From Haliotis rubra (Eukaryota): a DNA stretch of 64,000 bases. The translations under genes and the position numbers were made by a program. The stretch spans positions 868,001 to 932,000 of the forward strand of contig NW_025767128.1 in assembly GCF_003918875.1 (NCBI RefSeq), given 5' to 3'. Each line of letters starts with the position of its first letter. Position 1 is the stretch's first letter. The notes beneath the pieces were generated by a model. The model was not told the DNA's origin. It searched no databases and saw nothing but the letters and a program-made list of their open reading frames with translations. Below, piece by piece: positions 1 through 13,064 of this stretch.

Positions 1-106
1 TTGCTAGATTTTCTGATGCTTCTTTCAGCTATTTCGTTCATCAGCTATCTGATCAGCTAGCTGATGAGCGAAATAGCTGAAAGAAGCGTCAGTAAAATCA
101 AGCAAC
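1..106. repeat. ~105-bp imperfect palindrome/hairpin, probably part of a non-autonomous DNA element
   Basis: ttgctagattttctgatgcttctttcagctatttcgttcatcagcta ... tagctgatgagcgaaatagctgaaagaagcgtcagtaaaatcaagcaa are reverse complements with few mismatches. Confidence 0.7.
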
Positions 107-834
107 AATCCCCACTTCCTGGTTTTCCAATGCCCAAAGAGCAAAATGCGAAACATCCTAATGTTCGTGTCGTAATTGTGACGTAATTATTGACTTTTAC
201 ATAACAAAAATGTGAAGCACAAATCTTCCCCATTCCATTACTACAGTTTGCTACATGAAAATGAAATCCATTGTGTTTTCGCAGAGCTGTGAACCCTATA
301 AAAATGCGTTTTGACAAAATTGACCAACTTTCTAAGGGCAATAAGTCCAACACTATTCAAGATATCGACATGCCTTGAAGCGTTTTAAGTAGTCCGAAGT
401 GTGGGCTTTAATACGATATATCGAACATGATTGTACTATATGCCGTTCTGGAGAAGAAGAATTTTAAACACAGGCACCATCAAAACGTGCGGAAATGTGA
501 AAAATCGTAAAGTATTTTGTCATATGAACGCATAGCAAAATTAGATACGTGAGCAAATTGTATTGCTTATCATCTATGATGTTATTGATAGTAACAGGAT
601 ATTGCATCATTGGTATTTGAAGACAACTGTCTAGACATAATGTCTGGTTTCTGTCAGTTTGTGAAATTTGGCAATCATTCAGTTCTTACTTGACAGTCAA
701 CATGCCGAAAAAAGGCAACAATGGTCGTCGTAGTCATGGTCAGGCTTTGATAGATGATCAGACTAAAGCTTTGCTTAATATATGGGCTGAGAGAAACATA
801 GAAGAACAACTTGATAATCCAAAAATCAACAAAC

Positions 835-1467
835 ATGCTAATCTTGGACAAGCAAGAAGTTGTCCTACTTATCCTTCTGGACCTCTCCGCGGCATTTGAT
901 ACCGTTGACCATGGTATTCTTCTCACCCGTCTTGAGCATACACTTGGAATAAAGGGTGTTCCTCTTCAGTGGATCGATTCATATCTCACTGGAAGGACAA
1001 TGCAAGTCAGCATCAACTGCAAGAAATCAGATCCTCAAGCCATGTCTTATGGGGTTCCACAGGGTTCTGTTCTGGGCCCTGTGTTGTTCTCACTTTACAT
1101 CATTCCACTGGGCAATATCATACGTCGGCACGGTCTGAAATTTCACGGATATGCTGATGATAATCAACTGTATATCAATGCAAAGCCGGACGATATCTGT
1201 CTGAAGCGAGACAGACTGGAAAGTTGTCTCAAAGACATCCGTTGGTGGATTTCATGTAATTTCCTCAAACTCAACGATGAGAAAACGGAATACATGGTCA
1301 TCGGCACCAGACAACAATTAACTAGGGTTACCCAGACGTTAATCACCATAGGAAACTCCACTGTACCACCATCAGACACTGTACGTAACCTCGGAGTAAT
1401 GTTCGACAAGACCTTGTCCTCAAAGACCCAAGCACTAGCGGTAGCCAGAACTGCAAACTTCCATGTA
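835..1467 (+). mobile_element. L2/CR1-group (Jockey superfamily) LINE reverse transcriptase fragment
   Basis: LLILLDLSAAFDTVDH, GVPQGSVLGP, YADDNQLY, NFLKLNDEKTE, VRNLGVMFD motifs. Truncated at ~1467, where the reverse-strand LINE begins. Confidence 0.9.
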
Positions 1468-2546
1468 AGTGTCAGAAGGGCTGTGCTCCCGGAGGAGAAC
1501 CCGGGCACTCTCCTGATCTGCTCCAAGAGATCAGGAGGTACCAAACCAAGGGCACCGAGAACAATGGGGAGCCTGACGACACTGTACTTGAGATGCAAGC
1601 GAGACATTTCAAAGGCGAGGTCAGCATATTTATCATGCTTTTCCTGAATCTTATCAATCACATTGGTGTCAAAAGGGACAGAAAATGGGCCTATTCCAGA
1701 GAAGTTTGAAAGCATCATTTTCCATGACGCCCTGGACATGTTCAGGGTCATACCATGGATGGACCTCGAAGTCAAGGCCATAGACATGGCAGAGACGGCA
1801 GTAAAAGCAACGAGCCATGCCATCATGTCGTTTAAAATATGATGTTTGTGCCAAGGAAGGGCATCCACTGACAAGGTGTTGGACAGTCTCTGTAAATTCA
1901 TTACATAGTCGACATTTCATATTGATATTTTCTTTAAGAATCACATTTAGGCGATTACAAGTGGGAAGTGCCTAGTCCTAAGCAGCAAAAACGAAGCCCC
2001 CAGTTTCACATTTAAGACCAGCCGACTTCATCCTGGCAAAGGAGTCGGTGGGATTGCTATTCTGTTCAAAACACTGCATGTACACACGATGCAATGGCTT
2101 CTCAGAAAGATTCTCCACAAAAGACCGACTCTGGGCAGACTTGGTGAAGGACTTCACCTGGTTTACTCCCATCACTGTACCATCCAGCAGTACATCGCCA
2201 TCAGCGAATGCAACCTCAAATTTCAGATGATATCCAACAACCTTGGCACGCTGAAAATAGCTGTGGAATTCCTTGCTTTCATCATGAGTCTTCATATGCA
2301 TCACCAGAGGATCATCCGATAAATAAATATGTGCAAAAGTACACACTAAAATTCTATCATGAAGAGCCTCCACATTAATCAAACCCCGACCTCCAGAACT
2401 GATTGGCATATATAAACGGTTGAGAGAGGAACGAGGGTGGTGGGCTCTGTTATCAGACATGATCCTTCTGGTCAGGCGGTCAAGACTCTGGATGTCTTGT
2501 TTTGTCCAATCAACCACTCCAAAGGAATAGGGGAGGACCTGAATCG
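1468..2546 (-). mobile_element. R4/Dong-like non-LTR retrotransposon fragment (copy 1)
   Basis: RLYMPISSGGRGL, CRLCNEFTETVQHLVSGC (CCHC), KRHD. About 95% similar to 2780-3640 by eye, with an ~85-bp internal deletion near 1684 and an in-frame stop. Confidence 0.85.
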
Positions 2547-3641
2547 ATTATTATTATTATGTTTTACAGATTAAAGATAGTATGCAGCAGAGAGGGTTCG
2601 GGTGATCCTGGCACAGTCAGGCTGGTAAGGCTCATCATCAGCTCAGGGCCCTCGCCCCTCTACACGCAGCCCAGACAGCGAATGGGACTTCTCCCAGGAA
2701 ACGCTGCCTAGTCGAACCCACCAAGAACTTTCCGGAGAATATGAAGGCTCCCCAACACTGCAGCCTTCTGCATTATCCAGAGTGTCAGAAGGGCTGTGCT
2801 CCCGGTGGAAAACCCGGGCACTCTCCTGATTTGCGCCAAGAGATCAGGAGGTACCAAACCAAGGGCACCGAGAACAATGGGGAGCCTGGCGACGGTGTAC
2901 TTGGGTTGCAAGCGAGACATTTCAAAGGCGAGGTCAGCATATTTATCATGCTTTTCCTGAATCTTGACAATCACATTGGTGTCAAAAGGGACAGAACATT
3001 CAATGATATAAATAAATTCATTGGCTTTATCAAAAAGGACAAGATCAGGTTTGTTGGCTGGAATTCTTCTGAGACTGTATATGGGCCTATTCCAGAGAAG
3101 TTTGAAAGCATCATTTTCCATGACGCCCTGGACATGTTCAGGGTCGTACCATGGATGGACCTCGGAGTCAAAGCCACAGGCATGTCGGAGACGGTAGTAA
3201 AAGCAACGAGCCATGCCATCATGTCGTTTAAAATATGATGTTTGTGCCAAGGAAGGGCATCCACTGACAAGGTGTTGGACAGTCTCCGTGAATTCATTGC
3301 AAAGTCGACATTTCATATTGATATTTTCTTTAAGAATCACATTTAGGCGATTGCGAGTTGGAAGTGACTGGTCCTGAGCAGCAAAAAGGAAGCCCCCAGT
3401 TTCACATTTAAGACCAGCCGACTTCATCCTGGCAAAGGAGTCGGTGGGATTGCTATTCTGTTCAACACACTGCATGTACACACGATGCAATGGCTTCTCA
3501 GAAAGATTCTCCACAAAAGACCGACTCTGGGCAGACTTGGTAAGGACTTCACCTGGTTTACTCCCATCACTGTACCGTCCAGCAGTACATCACCATCAAC
3601 AAAATCAACCTCAAATCTCAGATTCTGTCCAACAACCTTGT
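2547..3641 (-). mobile_element. R4/Dong-like non-LTR retrotransposon, 5'-truncated, with intact 3' end (copy 2)
   Basis: ORF 2708-3514 has a CCHC knuckle, RHD and NKPDLVLFDK...IECSVP...K..KY (restriction-like endonuclease). 3'UTR 2561-2707, then a (TAA)n tail at ~2548-2560. Confidence 0.88.
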
Positions 3642-4712
3642 ATTATTATCTATGAAGAGTTAAGTAGAGCTCTTACATACCTTGTTTTTGAGAGATCCGT
3701 TGACAGTGCAAAATAACAACACACACTCTTAAGAGATCTTACAGACAATGCAAGACAGCTATGAAAACAAGTGGAAAGGGAAGACATTTGTGTCGATATT
3801 ATGATGAACTGAACAGAATACTTGGCTCTCGTCCCATAACATCACCACTGAAGGTTGTTGAGAGTGTTCAGAGACAATAAGTTGATGACGACAGCTCCCG
3901 TGAAGATGAAGTAAACATCAGTCGTATTGCTAATTTATCTGATCATGATATGACAGAAACAGAAGATATCTTCGAAACTGAGCCAGATCAACGTCAGGAT
4001 GAACCAGAAAGGGATACTAACAGATCTGAGGAAAATGTTGTCAGTCAAACACTACAGCCCAAACAAAGTCAATTGGCTAAGAAGGGTTGCGATGTGAAAC
4101 ATGATGGCTACAAGAAGAGACCCCGAAAGTCACGTCTAGAGATAGCTCTGTCGTCTGTGATGGACAGTTTTACATCAAGTAATGAGAAAAAGGAAGAGAA
4201 GCTCTTGTCTTTAGAACACCGCAAACCTGATGTTGAAATGAAAAAAGATGGAAATGGGGAAAATGAGGTTAGAGTCAGAGGAGCGTCTTAAGAGAGAGGA
4301 GCGTGATCATCGTGATCATCAGTACATAGTCGCCAGCAACAGTAATTTTTACTTGCTTTCGTTCTCGTAAGGAGTGACATTTAGTTAATTATTGTTTTCA
4401 AGATATCTTTAGTGAGAAATCACTTATCGTGAAAATGTTCTTTAAAATGTTTTTTTTAGATTGTCATAGATTATTCTACAACCAGAGTTAAACTGTCACA
4501 TTTCATTTGGAAGTTATTCTGTTTAGTCCTCGATTTAAGTGTATGTGAATTGATTTAATTTTCCAATTAAAAGATTGTCAAACTACAAGGCTTTATTCAT
4601 TAGGCTGCAATCAAATGAATCAAACATGAAATGAATATAAGTATAAACAAAGAGACTTCTATAACATACAGCACAATTGTGCATTCAGCCATCAAGGAAA
4701 TCAATGAGAAAC

Positions 4713-5760
4713 TCAATGACCTGTAGTTGCAAGGTAGTTACAAATGGTATCTCTTATCGCCTTGGCTTTGTTGTCCGATATGTCACTATTGTCATTATCT
4801 TCAACAGCCATATCATCAACATGGTAACGCCATTCCTCTGGAAACTGTTCCTGTCTTAACTCACAAATAGTGTGCAAGACAATGCAAGCTGCAATAACTG
4901 TTGGGGCAAATTCTACATCAACATCCAATCGTTTTTGCAAACGACGCCACCTTCCTTTCAAACGTCCAAATGCACACTCAGTCGTCATCCTGGCTCTGCT
5001 CAGACGATAATTAAAGTTCTTTTGGGACTGCGCCAGGTTCCCTCTGTCTGGGTAATCCTTCATGAGCCAGACTTTCAGAGGATATGCAGGGTCCCCAATG
5101 AGCACAATAGCTAGGTACCTCAGCAAACCCGTTGTTGGTGTGGAGAGTCTTGCTCCATTGAGGGAACAGTCGTCCTGAAACTCCCCTGTGAAATAAATCA
5201 GAATTTGCAAACACTCTGGCATCGTGCACCCGTCCTGGCCATCCAACGCAAATGTCTGTAAAGATGTAACGATAGTCACATACCGCTTGCAGTATAAGGG
5301 AATACTATCCTTTCCGGTTGATGTAGTCTCCATGATCATGATGTGGTGCTATTATCGGAATATGTGAACCATCGATGGCTCCTCCACAGTTTGGGAATCC
5401 ACACATTTCCTTGTAACCCTGAATTACATTTTGTAGATTATCTCCAGTTGGAAATCTTGTGTACACAGGTGACAAGTGATCCGTTATTGCATTACAAACA
5501 TTGTGAACACACTCAAAAGGGTTGATTTTCCAAGACCAAAAAGGTTTGAAACCGTTCTGTACTCGGACGAGGTAGCAAGCCAATATATAACTGCTCCAAC
5601 CTGCTGCTTGATCTCAATAGGTTCACAGACTACGTAATTTTTGCCAAGATAAGGAGACAGCTGCTCACAGATGAAGTTGAAAGTGTCCTTTTTCATTCTA
5701 AAATTTTCAACCCACTGTGTATCATTAAAGGAATTCAAAACAATGTTCTGCCACCATAAT
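4713..5760 (-). pseudogene. PIF/Harbinger DDE transposase (HARBI1-like), degraded and 5'-truncated
   Basis: WWQNIVLNSFNDTQWVENFRMKKDTF, GFPNCGGAIDGSHIPI, YINRKG, HDARVF, LIGDPAYPL, FNYRLSRARMTTECAFGRLKGRWR spread across several frames. Confidence 0.9.
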
Positions 5761-5864
5761 TTTGACCCGTGATACATCGCCATTTCTGAAAATGATAACG
5801 TACAGTAACATGGTTTTATCTTTACAGCAATAAATGTCACCACTGTTGACATAACTCTGGAGTT

Positions 5865-5965
5865 CCCTTTGAACCCAACTGGGCTTTCGTAGATTCATGT
5901 GCTTTTCCATCGTAGTACGATGAAGCTAAACTTTGCAATTTCCATCCACTGGGGAATACATTCAC
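5865..5965 (+). pseudogene. Degenerate fucosidase exon-1 remnant
   Basis: FEPNWAFVDSCAFPS*YDEAKL..IHWG resembles [29 protein letters not shown]. Paralogous to 26303-26400. Confidence 0.7.
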
Positions 5966-6816
5966 TGTGAATATATATGATTGAACCTCTTCTTTGTTAA
6001 TAGTTATCCACTAAATGAGAATGCTCATCTCTGTTGCCCTTGTTTTAGCAAGGACTCTGCCTAATTCTGCAGGAGAATGTAATACTGTTAATTGTTTTCT
6101 GACTCATCAAGGTCTATTGCAGCCTTTAGCAGTTTATCGGCTATCTCTTATATCCAAGCAGTACAACACAATGAGGTATCCATCAATATCAACACCAAGG
6201 TAGCCTATTATATAGACTTCCTGACGAACCAATACCAACCAGAAAAAGATATTATAGCTGATGATACTATGATCTGTACTATTCGTAGTGACCATCATTC
6301 AATTTAACTCCATGATTGTTGTGGATGGTGCACTACGTTCATAGCGACAACTTGCGGATATTAGCAGCCAACAACCATTCACCCACTTCATCATGTTAGA
6401 CTGAGCTGCCTCAGTAAACTCACATAACATGGAACCTAAAAACTAAACCATATTTCGACAGGAGAAATGTTGGTAACTCCTCACAAGCAAGGTCTTCAGG
6501 TATCAAAATATATAGAGTAATGGGCAAGGATGTCATAGAGACATTTTATCGTGTGTCCTTCATAATGAACATCGTATCCTATGCAAAGTCAATATACAGA
6601 TCGCAGCATGACTTTAAAGTGCAACATACTTCATATACTTCTCTAATCAATGAGCTGGATACAAGATAGACAAATACCTCTGACACAAGACCAGATATCC
6701 TTACTGGAGGGTCAAGGTGACTCAATCAATCTAATCTGTTCGAGCATCATCGCCACTACAATACCTGAATCCGACAACCGCAAACAGCAGAAACCCTCAC
6801 AGGCAGTCACGGCAGC

Positions 6817-9800
6817 ATGGCTTCTCTCAAATTCCTAACTCCACTACTAATACTGTCAGTACTCACAGTACTGTCAGTATATGGCCAGTATCAGCCCACG
6901 TGGGAATCTCTGGATGCAAGACCACTTCCTGCATGGTATGACGATGCCAAATTTGGTATCTTCATCCACTGGGGAGTATTCTCGGTGCCAAGTCTTAGTT
7001 CAGAATGGTTCTGGTATCGCTGGGAAAAGCTAAAGGTACCAGAAGTTGTTGACTACATGAAGAAGAACTTCCGACCAGATTGGACGTATGCTGATTTTGC
7101 TCCAATGCTAACTGCAGAATTCTTTGATGCTGATGAGTGGGCTAGAATTTTGGAATCTTCAGGTGCCAAGTAGGTATAGTCTTCTTGTCTGAAAAGCAGC
7201 ACATGCATCTATCGATACAAAATATAGATATCTGTACATAAATTGGTTCATTGCCATGTATATATCTTAAAGTCATCCTTACTTGTCATCACTATTTGTA
7301 AACCTCATGGTAACGCTGGATAACTCTTCATACTCAAGCACTCAATTTCTCATTTTCTGATTTCTTTATGTCATCATCGTAAAATGTCTACAATTAGAGA
7401 ATAATAGATCTAGATGGCAATGTGGACGAAGTGCCTTGCCCAGGGACACAACACAGTATGAGACCCAGGCCACAAATGTTGGTGTCTCCACCGAGATTCG
7501 AACCCGGGCCTTTGGCGTTAGAGGCCAGCAAGCTAACCACTACACCACCGAAAGAAGCAAAAACTATGGCGATTTGTTTCCATTTGTGACATGTCATAAC
7601 ATATCCCCGTGCCTTTTTCTTTTATATTTTCATTTTTACGTAATCAGAAAACTATTATAAAAAGATTTCCTAAATAATATGTATGGTCGCCTATTTCCCG
7701 ATATCAGTGGCTTTCCGCTTGGTAACATGCCACAACAACGAATATACCTCCGTTTTCGAAGCTTCGTATGAATAACATGCGAGGCGAATCGTTTGATGGT
7801 GGGTATCGTTCGAAAGCTCTGAACATCAACAATATCACTGTACCCTTGCCGAGAGTATTTTCACAGTTGTAAGAAGTGATTTTATTGGTTTCTAATGACC
7901 CTTTTTCGCCACAGTCTGCTATAAGGATCGTGATTTGTCAAAATCAGACGCGTAACTTAAGGCAGCCAATCATATAACGGCAATGGATACCGTCCTCGTA
8001 AACGAAAACTTTTAGATTTGGACGAAAGTTTTGGGTAAAATAATGCTATTCTGAACATATTAAGCAAGAAATCGCTACCTATACGTAAATTATGGAACTT
8101 ATTGGACGTATCGTGCTAGGTTATGACCTGTGACAAAAATGCTTCATGCATATATTTTCGCATTAAACATCGTGTCCGAGCGTGAAGATGGAGGCGGCGA
8201 AAGCCAAGATGTCACTTGTCAGTGACTTGACTTACATTACATGATCGCACAAAAAGATGGAAATAGTAATTTTATATGTATGTTTGACAACTTTTATGAA
8301 TGCTATTGTTGATTTTATTCATTAGTTTATTCAATTTATTTAATGATTTCCTCGAAACATCGTTACTTTGCTCTTTGACAATGTTATTGTGGACCCGCTG
8401 CCGAAGCATGTGTCCGAGAATCGTTGTTTTCAATAGCATTGCGAAACATAGTTTATAATTTTAATTCTGCCGATAATATATGATCAACTGAAATTTAATA
8501 AGTGTTTTCAGACATTGTGAAATGTGATAGATTTAATATATGAATCATAAGTCAGGTAGCTCCTAAAATTATGTCTCATTTTGACGTGACTACTGCCTGG
8601 CCGATTAATCGGCCTCCGGTGTCTGGGGACTCAAAACGTTGTGGCCGATTATTCGGCCTGCGGTGTTGAATGGGTTAACTTCAGACAAAGCAATGGTGCC
8701 AGAGTTTAGTATAAAGAATTAATACGAAAATTAACAATGACTCCGATTTCACCATAGGTTACAGATGAACATCTCAATTGCATATAATGTACATCTTCAT
8801 AACGTCAAGAATATTACAGTGTTTATGCGCTGGGTGGAGCCGGCAAACCATTCATGATGTTGTTAAGCACTAATCGCTCACTCGGTATGATTTCCCAAGG
8901 TACACAGTTTTCGTGAGTAAACACTGCGAGGGTTTCTGTCACTGGCCGAGCAATGTGTCCTTCAGTTGGAATTCAATGGTTGCTGGGCCCAAAAGGAATA
9001 TAGTCGGTAATGAATGCTAAAATTACTTTCCTTTTTGATGGTTTGTCTGAATTATTTCAATCCCTGTGTGTATTTTTCCTTTGAACCTAATTTCAAAACC
9101 AACTGATTTAATTGCCAAAGGGAAGTATACAAGCTATGCACATACGACGATGTCAGCTATATAAGATATAGCTATAAAAATAGAAAGTCCAAAGTCCAAT
9201 GAATTGTCATTTTTTAACTCATAAATCAGTTGTGACACGAAACATTCTCCAGACCCTGACAAACACATTTTCCATTGTTTCAGCTGAATTGGCACAAGCA
9301 GTCCGCACCAAGACGGACTTAAGATTCGGTCTGTACCATGTGCTGTACGAGTGGTTCCACCCTCTCTATCTCCAGGACAAAGAGAACAATTTCACAACAA
9401 GGAGATTTGTTGATGTAATTTTCGGCCTATTGCTACACTCAATTTGTAAAAAGTGTATTGTAAACATTTTCATTTTAGAAAATGACAAATATCTGCCAGT
9501 GTAATTTGTCATAATATATAGCCAAATTTTGATACCAAATTGCATCACCCAGTGACTGAAAATTATAGCATTACAACAAAATGAAAATCAATATATATTC
9601 CTCGCATGGCAAGATTATTGCAATGTTTCCAAGTCAGTCTTACAATATAGATTTATGGTCAATCTTTTAAATAAATGGAAAGATGTTAGAATCAATTTGT
9701 TAAATGGCCGAAATATTTAGGTGTTCTGTATATTGCCTGAATGAATCACAATGTAAACATTGACTAAAGTTAAAATACTCTCTACTAAAAACCTGTTTAG

Positions 9801-12800
9801 TATATATTTTCAGCAATCTTATTTTCTAACATATTACATTTAGAAGTCAATATTTGAAGAGTGGTATATGTCATCGTCTTCTTCTAGGGAGAAGGTTTTC
9901 GTATTCGCGTGATCTTGTAATCCCAGTAGCATTATTATCCTCAGTATCACTTCAGTTCAAGATCATGCCTGAGCTGTATGAGATTGTGAACACCTTTGAG
10001 CCTGACCTTGTTTGGTCTGATGGAGATTGGGAGGCCCCAGACACTTACTGGGGATCCAGGGAGTTTCTGACATGGCTGTACAATGACAGGTTAGTGTCAA
10101 TAAGTTCTGTAAGGGTAAATTAGATTGGCCCCATTGTATAGAACCTTTACACAAATACTCAAACATAATGATCCTTATGTTCTTATTAAGAAAGCATTCA
10201 CGCACTTGCTAAACGATTGATGACTTTGTCACACGATCAACTCACCCTTCACAAGATTTATATACTTGTTACAGGATTCACGCACTTGTTACGAGATGCA
10301 ATAACGTGTTACCAAAATCCTTTACTTGTTACAAGATTTATTCTCTTGTCACTCACAAGCTCATGATCAGCATTGGCACATGTTCAACAAAGGTAGGAAA
10401 TATATGTGAGCACAATGTCCATGGACAGGAGTTACATGTCCTACAACACGTAAGTGTTCAAATCTCAAAAGGACGTCGTATTCATTCCAGCCCAATCAAG
10501 GATAAAGTGGTGACCAATGACCGGTGGGGTATAGGGTGCCTCTGTACCCACGGAGGTGTCTTTACTTGTGGAGACAGATACAATCCTGGTACGTGAATAA
10601 ACATAAATTCTGTTGGTAGGAAGATGTTACTGTATGAAGCAGAAATATTGCTTGCTGCTAAACGGCTCAAGCTGGACATGTCCTGGCTTTTCGACAAATG
10701 GGCATTGCTGCAGACGAGCTCTTACCTGCATCTTCACATGGCTAAACACAGCATTGCTGTTGGGTTGGTGTTCATCACACCACCAACTGCTGGTTTGCCA
10801 GCTCAAAACTCAGGCACGTTTTGAAAAATGTCGTGAAGCTATTTGCTATGGTTTAGCCTCTCATTCCCTCACCTTATTAGAAAGCAGCATTCCGAGTCAT
10901 ATCTGAATTAGAAAGAATAAGAAGGTGCAAATGTAGTTATACATGTACATTAAGTTACTGTCTTATAACCTTAGACCAACCTAACTGCAAGCCAAACTCT
11001 ATTAGCTCTCATTGTATACAGGTGATAATGCATTCTGATTTGGCTGATGTTGCAGGTGTTCTTCAGAAGCACAAGTGGGTGAATGCTATGACAATAGACA
11101 AGAGGTCATGGGGCTTCCGACGTAATGCTCCCCTATCAGACTACCTGACCATAGAGGAACTCATTGAAACTCTAGCTAAAACTGTCAGGTAAACCAGCTT
11201 CCACACCAATAATGGTTGCAGTATATGGATATTTCGTCCTTCTTATGAATTATGCGAGACAGAAATAGTTTTTGTCAACCATTGTCATGGGGCTGCTCAT
11301 AACTGATGATCTTGAGCGATCTTACAAACGATTGTCATTTTAAAATGTTCAGGAAACCACTATCTTGAAGAATCCTATATACCATTTCAGCATTGTCACA
11401 TAATTCCTGTTCTTGAAGCCGTTGTCTTCCATGAGAATTATGAGCAGTCAGCTTTATACATGTGGTAATATTTCAATACATGATGTATACATGCAGTTGT
11501 GGCAATATCTTGGAGACATAACATTAACCTTCCATGCTGTTCACGATCAAACAATCCTAAGTTGTCCTGATCATTGTCTCTTCTGTTCCAGTTGTAACGG
11601 TAATCTACTCATGAACATTGGACCAACTGCCTATGGTGTGGTCAGCCCCATATATGAGGAGAGGCTGAAGCAGATGGGCGAGTGGCTCAAGGTGAATGGT
11701 GAAGGCATCTATGAAACAAGACCCTGGACCTACCAGAATGAAACTGTGATTCCCGAAATATGGTAAGCATTTGCTGTATTCATTACACAACTTGGGGTAC
11801 AACCGAGCTTTCCACACTGATTTCAATATAAGGGTAACACTATTTTTCAGGGCATTATCATTTGTAGAAGCCCTAGGTCTTTCATTAACTGCCCGACGAA
11901 GGAGGGCAGTTGAAAAGACCGAGGTCTTCTGCAAATGATAATGCCCTGAAAAATAGCTTTACCGTTATTATAGCTAAAATGGATAGAATTTCTAATAAAA
12001 TAAGAATAAAACAACGGCATTGGTTTTGAAGCATTTACTGCTAACAGCAAACGACGGAGGTCACGAACACACTTTTTACAAATATGGAAACGTCATAGAA
12101 CAAAACAGACGACGTCACTATTGAGAGTGACGACATTCGACCTTGACCTTTGCCCATACTACCAGCCGCCATTTTTTTTTCAGTGCTCAATAACGTTAGA
12201 GTTCCCAGTCGATGTTATCATTGCTGTATGTTGTAATTTATGGTACAATTGTTATGGTTGGCACCGGCAAGAAAGTGCATATTTGGCACAGGTACATGTG
12301 ACGAATGTGAGTCAGAAATATGGTCAATAATGAACCCAAGTTCAAACGAGCCGTAGGTGATTGAACATCAACAGCTGAGCTACTTATGACGTCAACTAAC
12401 AACGGGCTTGATAATGGCCCGTCGTCAAGCATTTTGTGGGCATTATCAAGTTACAGTGGCCCGCTCATTTCTAATAACGTGCGGGCGTTTTAATGATAAT
12501 TCTATCCATTTTAGCTATAAAGAAAATTAAACGACAGCATTGTGGTCAGGTTATGATTCAGGTGATCAGAAATGATGTCCAATGTAGTACCTTATTTTTC
12601 ACTTGTAAAACATGTTTTGCTGTTTTGAATAACTGTATATGTTGTGACATATGCCATGGTTGCGAACACCAGGTATTCCTACTATTCATTCGTGATGCAT
12701 TTTCAGTGCTCATGATAGGGTCAGAATAGTACAATCAACAATGCACAGATGTCTTATGAGAATGGAAGGGGTCTTGTTGCTTTAGCTTCAATGTTGAACC

Positions 12801-13064
12801 ATGTTCAGGTACACCTCAAGGACAAATGGACAAGAAAAAGACATCTACGCAACCGTCATGAGCTGGCCCAACGTAGGGACCTTCCAGCTGATCCGACCTA
12901 TCCCTAATGCCAACTCTGTGGTCAGTCTACTGGGCTACTCTGGAACATTCAGCTACACAAAAGCTGCAGGTCAAGGCATCAACATCAACATTCCGGCCAT
13001 TCCTGCAAACGCTATGCCGTGCAAGTGGGCATGGGTGTTCAAGATCACCAATGTTCAAAACTAA
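6817..13064 (+). CDS. FUCA: Alpha-L-fucosidase (GH29), copy A1, 8 exons, ~460 aa, signal peptide
   Basis: Exons 6817-7169, 8900-9006, 9284-9414, 9956-10089, 10491-10588, 11056-11188, 11592-11762, 12809-13064. All GT-AG, total 1383 nt in frame. Motifs [40 protein letters not shown] at ~13225. Confidence 0.95.
7412..7551 (-). mobile_element. tRNA-derived CORE-type SINE fragment
   Basis: Minus strand has A box ggtgtagtggttagc, B box gggttcgaatctc, then gttgtgtccctgggcaaggcact (CORE-like). Confidence 0.7.
7560..8678. mobile_element. piggyBac-like non-autonomous element, right end only, in A1 intron 1
   Basis: Ends ...gaatGGG|TTAA, with subterminal repeated palindromes ggccgattaatcggcc / ggccgattattcggcc. 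The paralog A2 has an empty TTAA site (aatttaacttcag ~28697). Confidence 0.6.
11833..12520. mobile_element. Non-autonomous element with a long terminal hairpin plus inverted repeats (Crypton-like architecture)
   Basis: ~130-bp palindrome at 11833-11965. Inverted pair ttatagctaaaatggatagaatt (~11968) and aattctatccattttagctataa (~12498). Absent from A2 intron 7. Confidence 0.6.

Larger units (their letters stand above)
702..4330 (+). pseudogene. Myb/SANT-like (trihelix) DNA-binding gene of a PIF/Harbinger transposon, split by a ~2.8-kb nested LINE insertion
   Basis: 702-836 encodes MPKKG...DDQTKALLNIWAERNIEEQLDNPKINKH. The protein resumes at ~3648 as IYEELSRAL...RSYRQCK...SGKGRHLCRYYDELNRILG, then an acidic linker and coiled tail (ORF 3950-4291). 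One frameshift and one stop are present. Convergent with the HARBI1-type transposase. Confidence 0.75.

Noticed and set aside
55-82. CTGATGA-GC-GAAA-TA looks like a hammerhead core
   Set aside because: No stem II loop or stem III is possible; it is one arm of the 1-106 DNA palindrome
811-1647. 278-aa ORF as a genuine RT-fusion protein
   Set aside because: The C-terminal ~60 aa is antisense read-through into the R4-like LINE after a deletion junction
10195-10350. Degenerate ~26-bp repeat in A-type intron 4 (also ~30240-30365 and ~60985-61105)
   Set aside because: Ordinary decayed intronic minisatellite with no evidence of function
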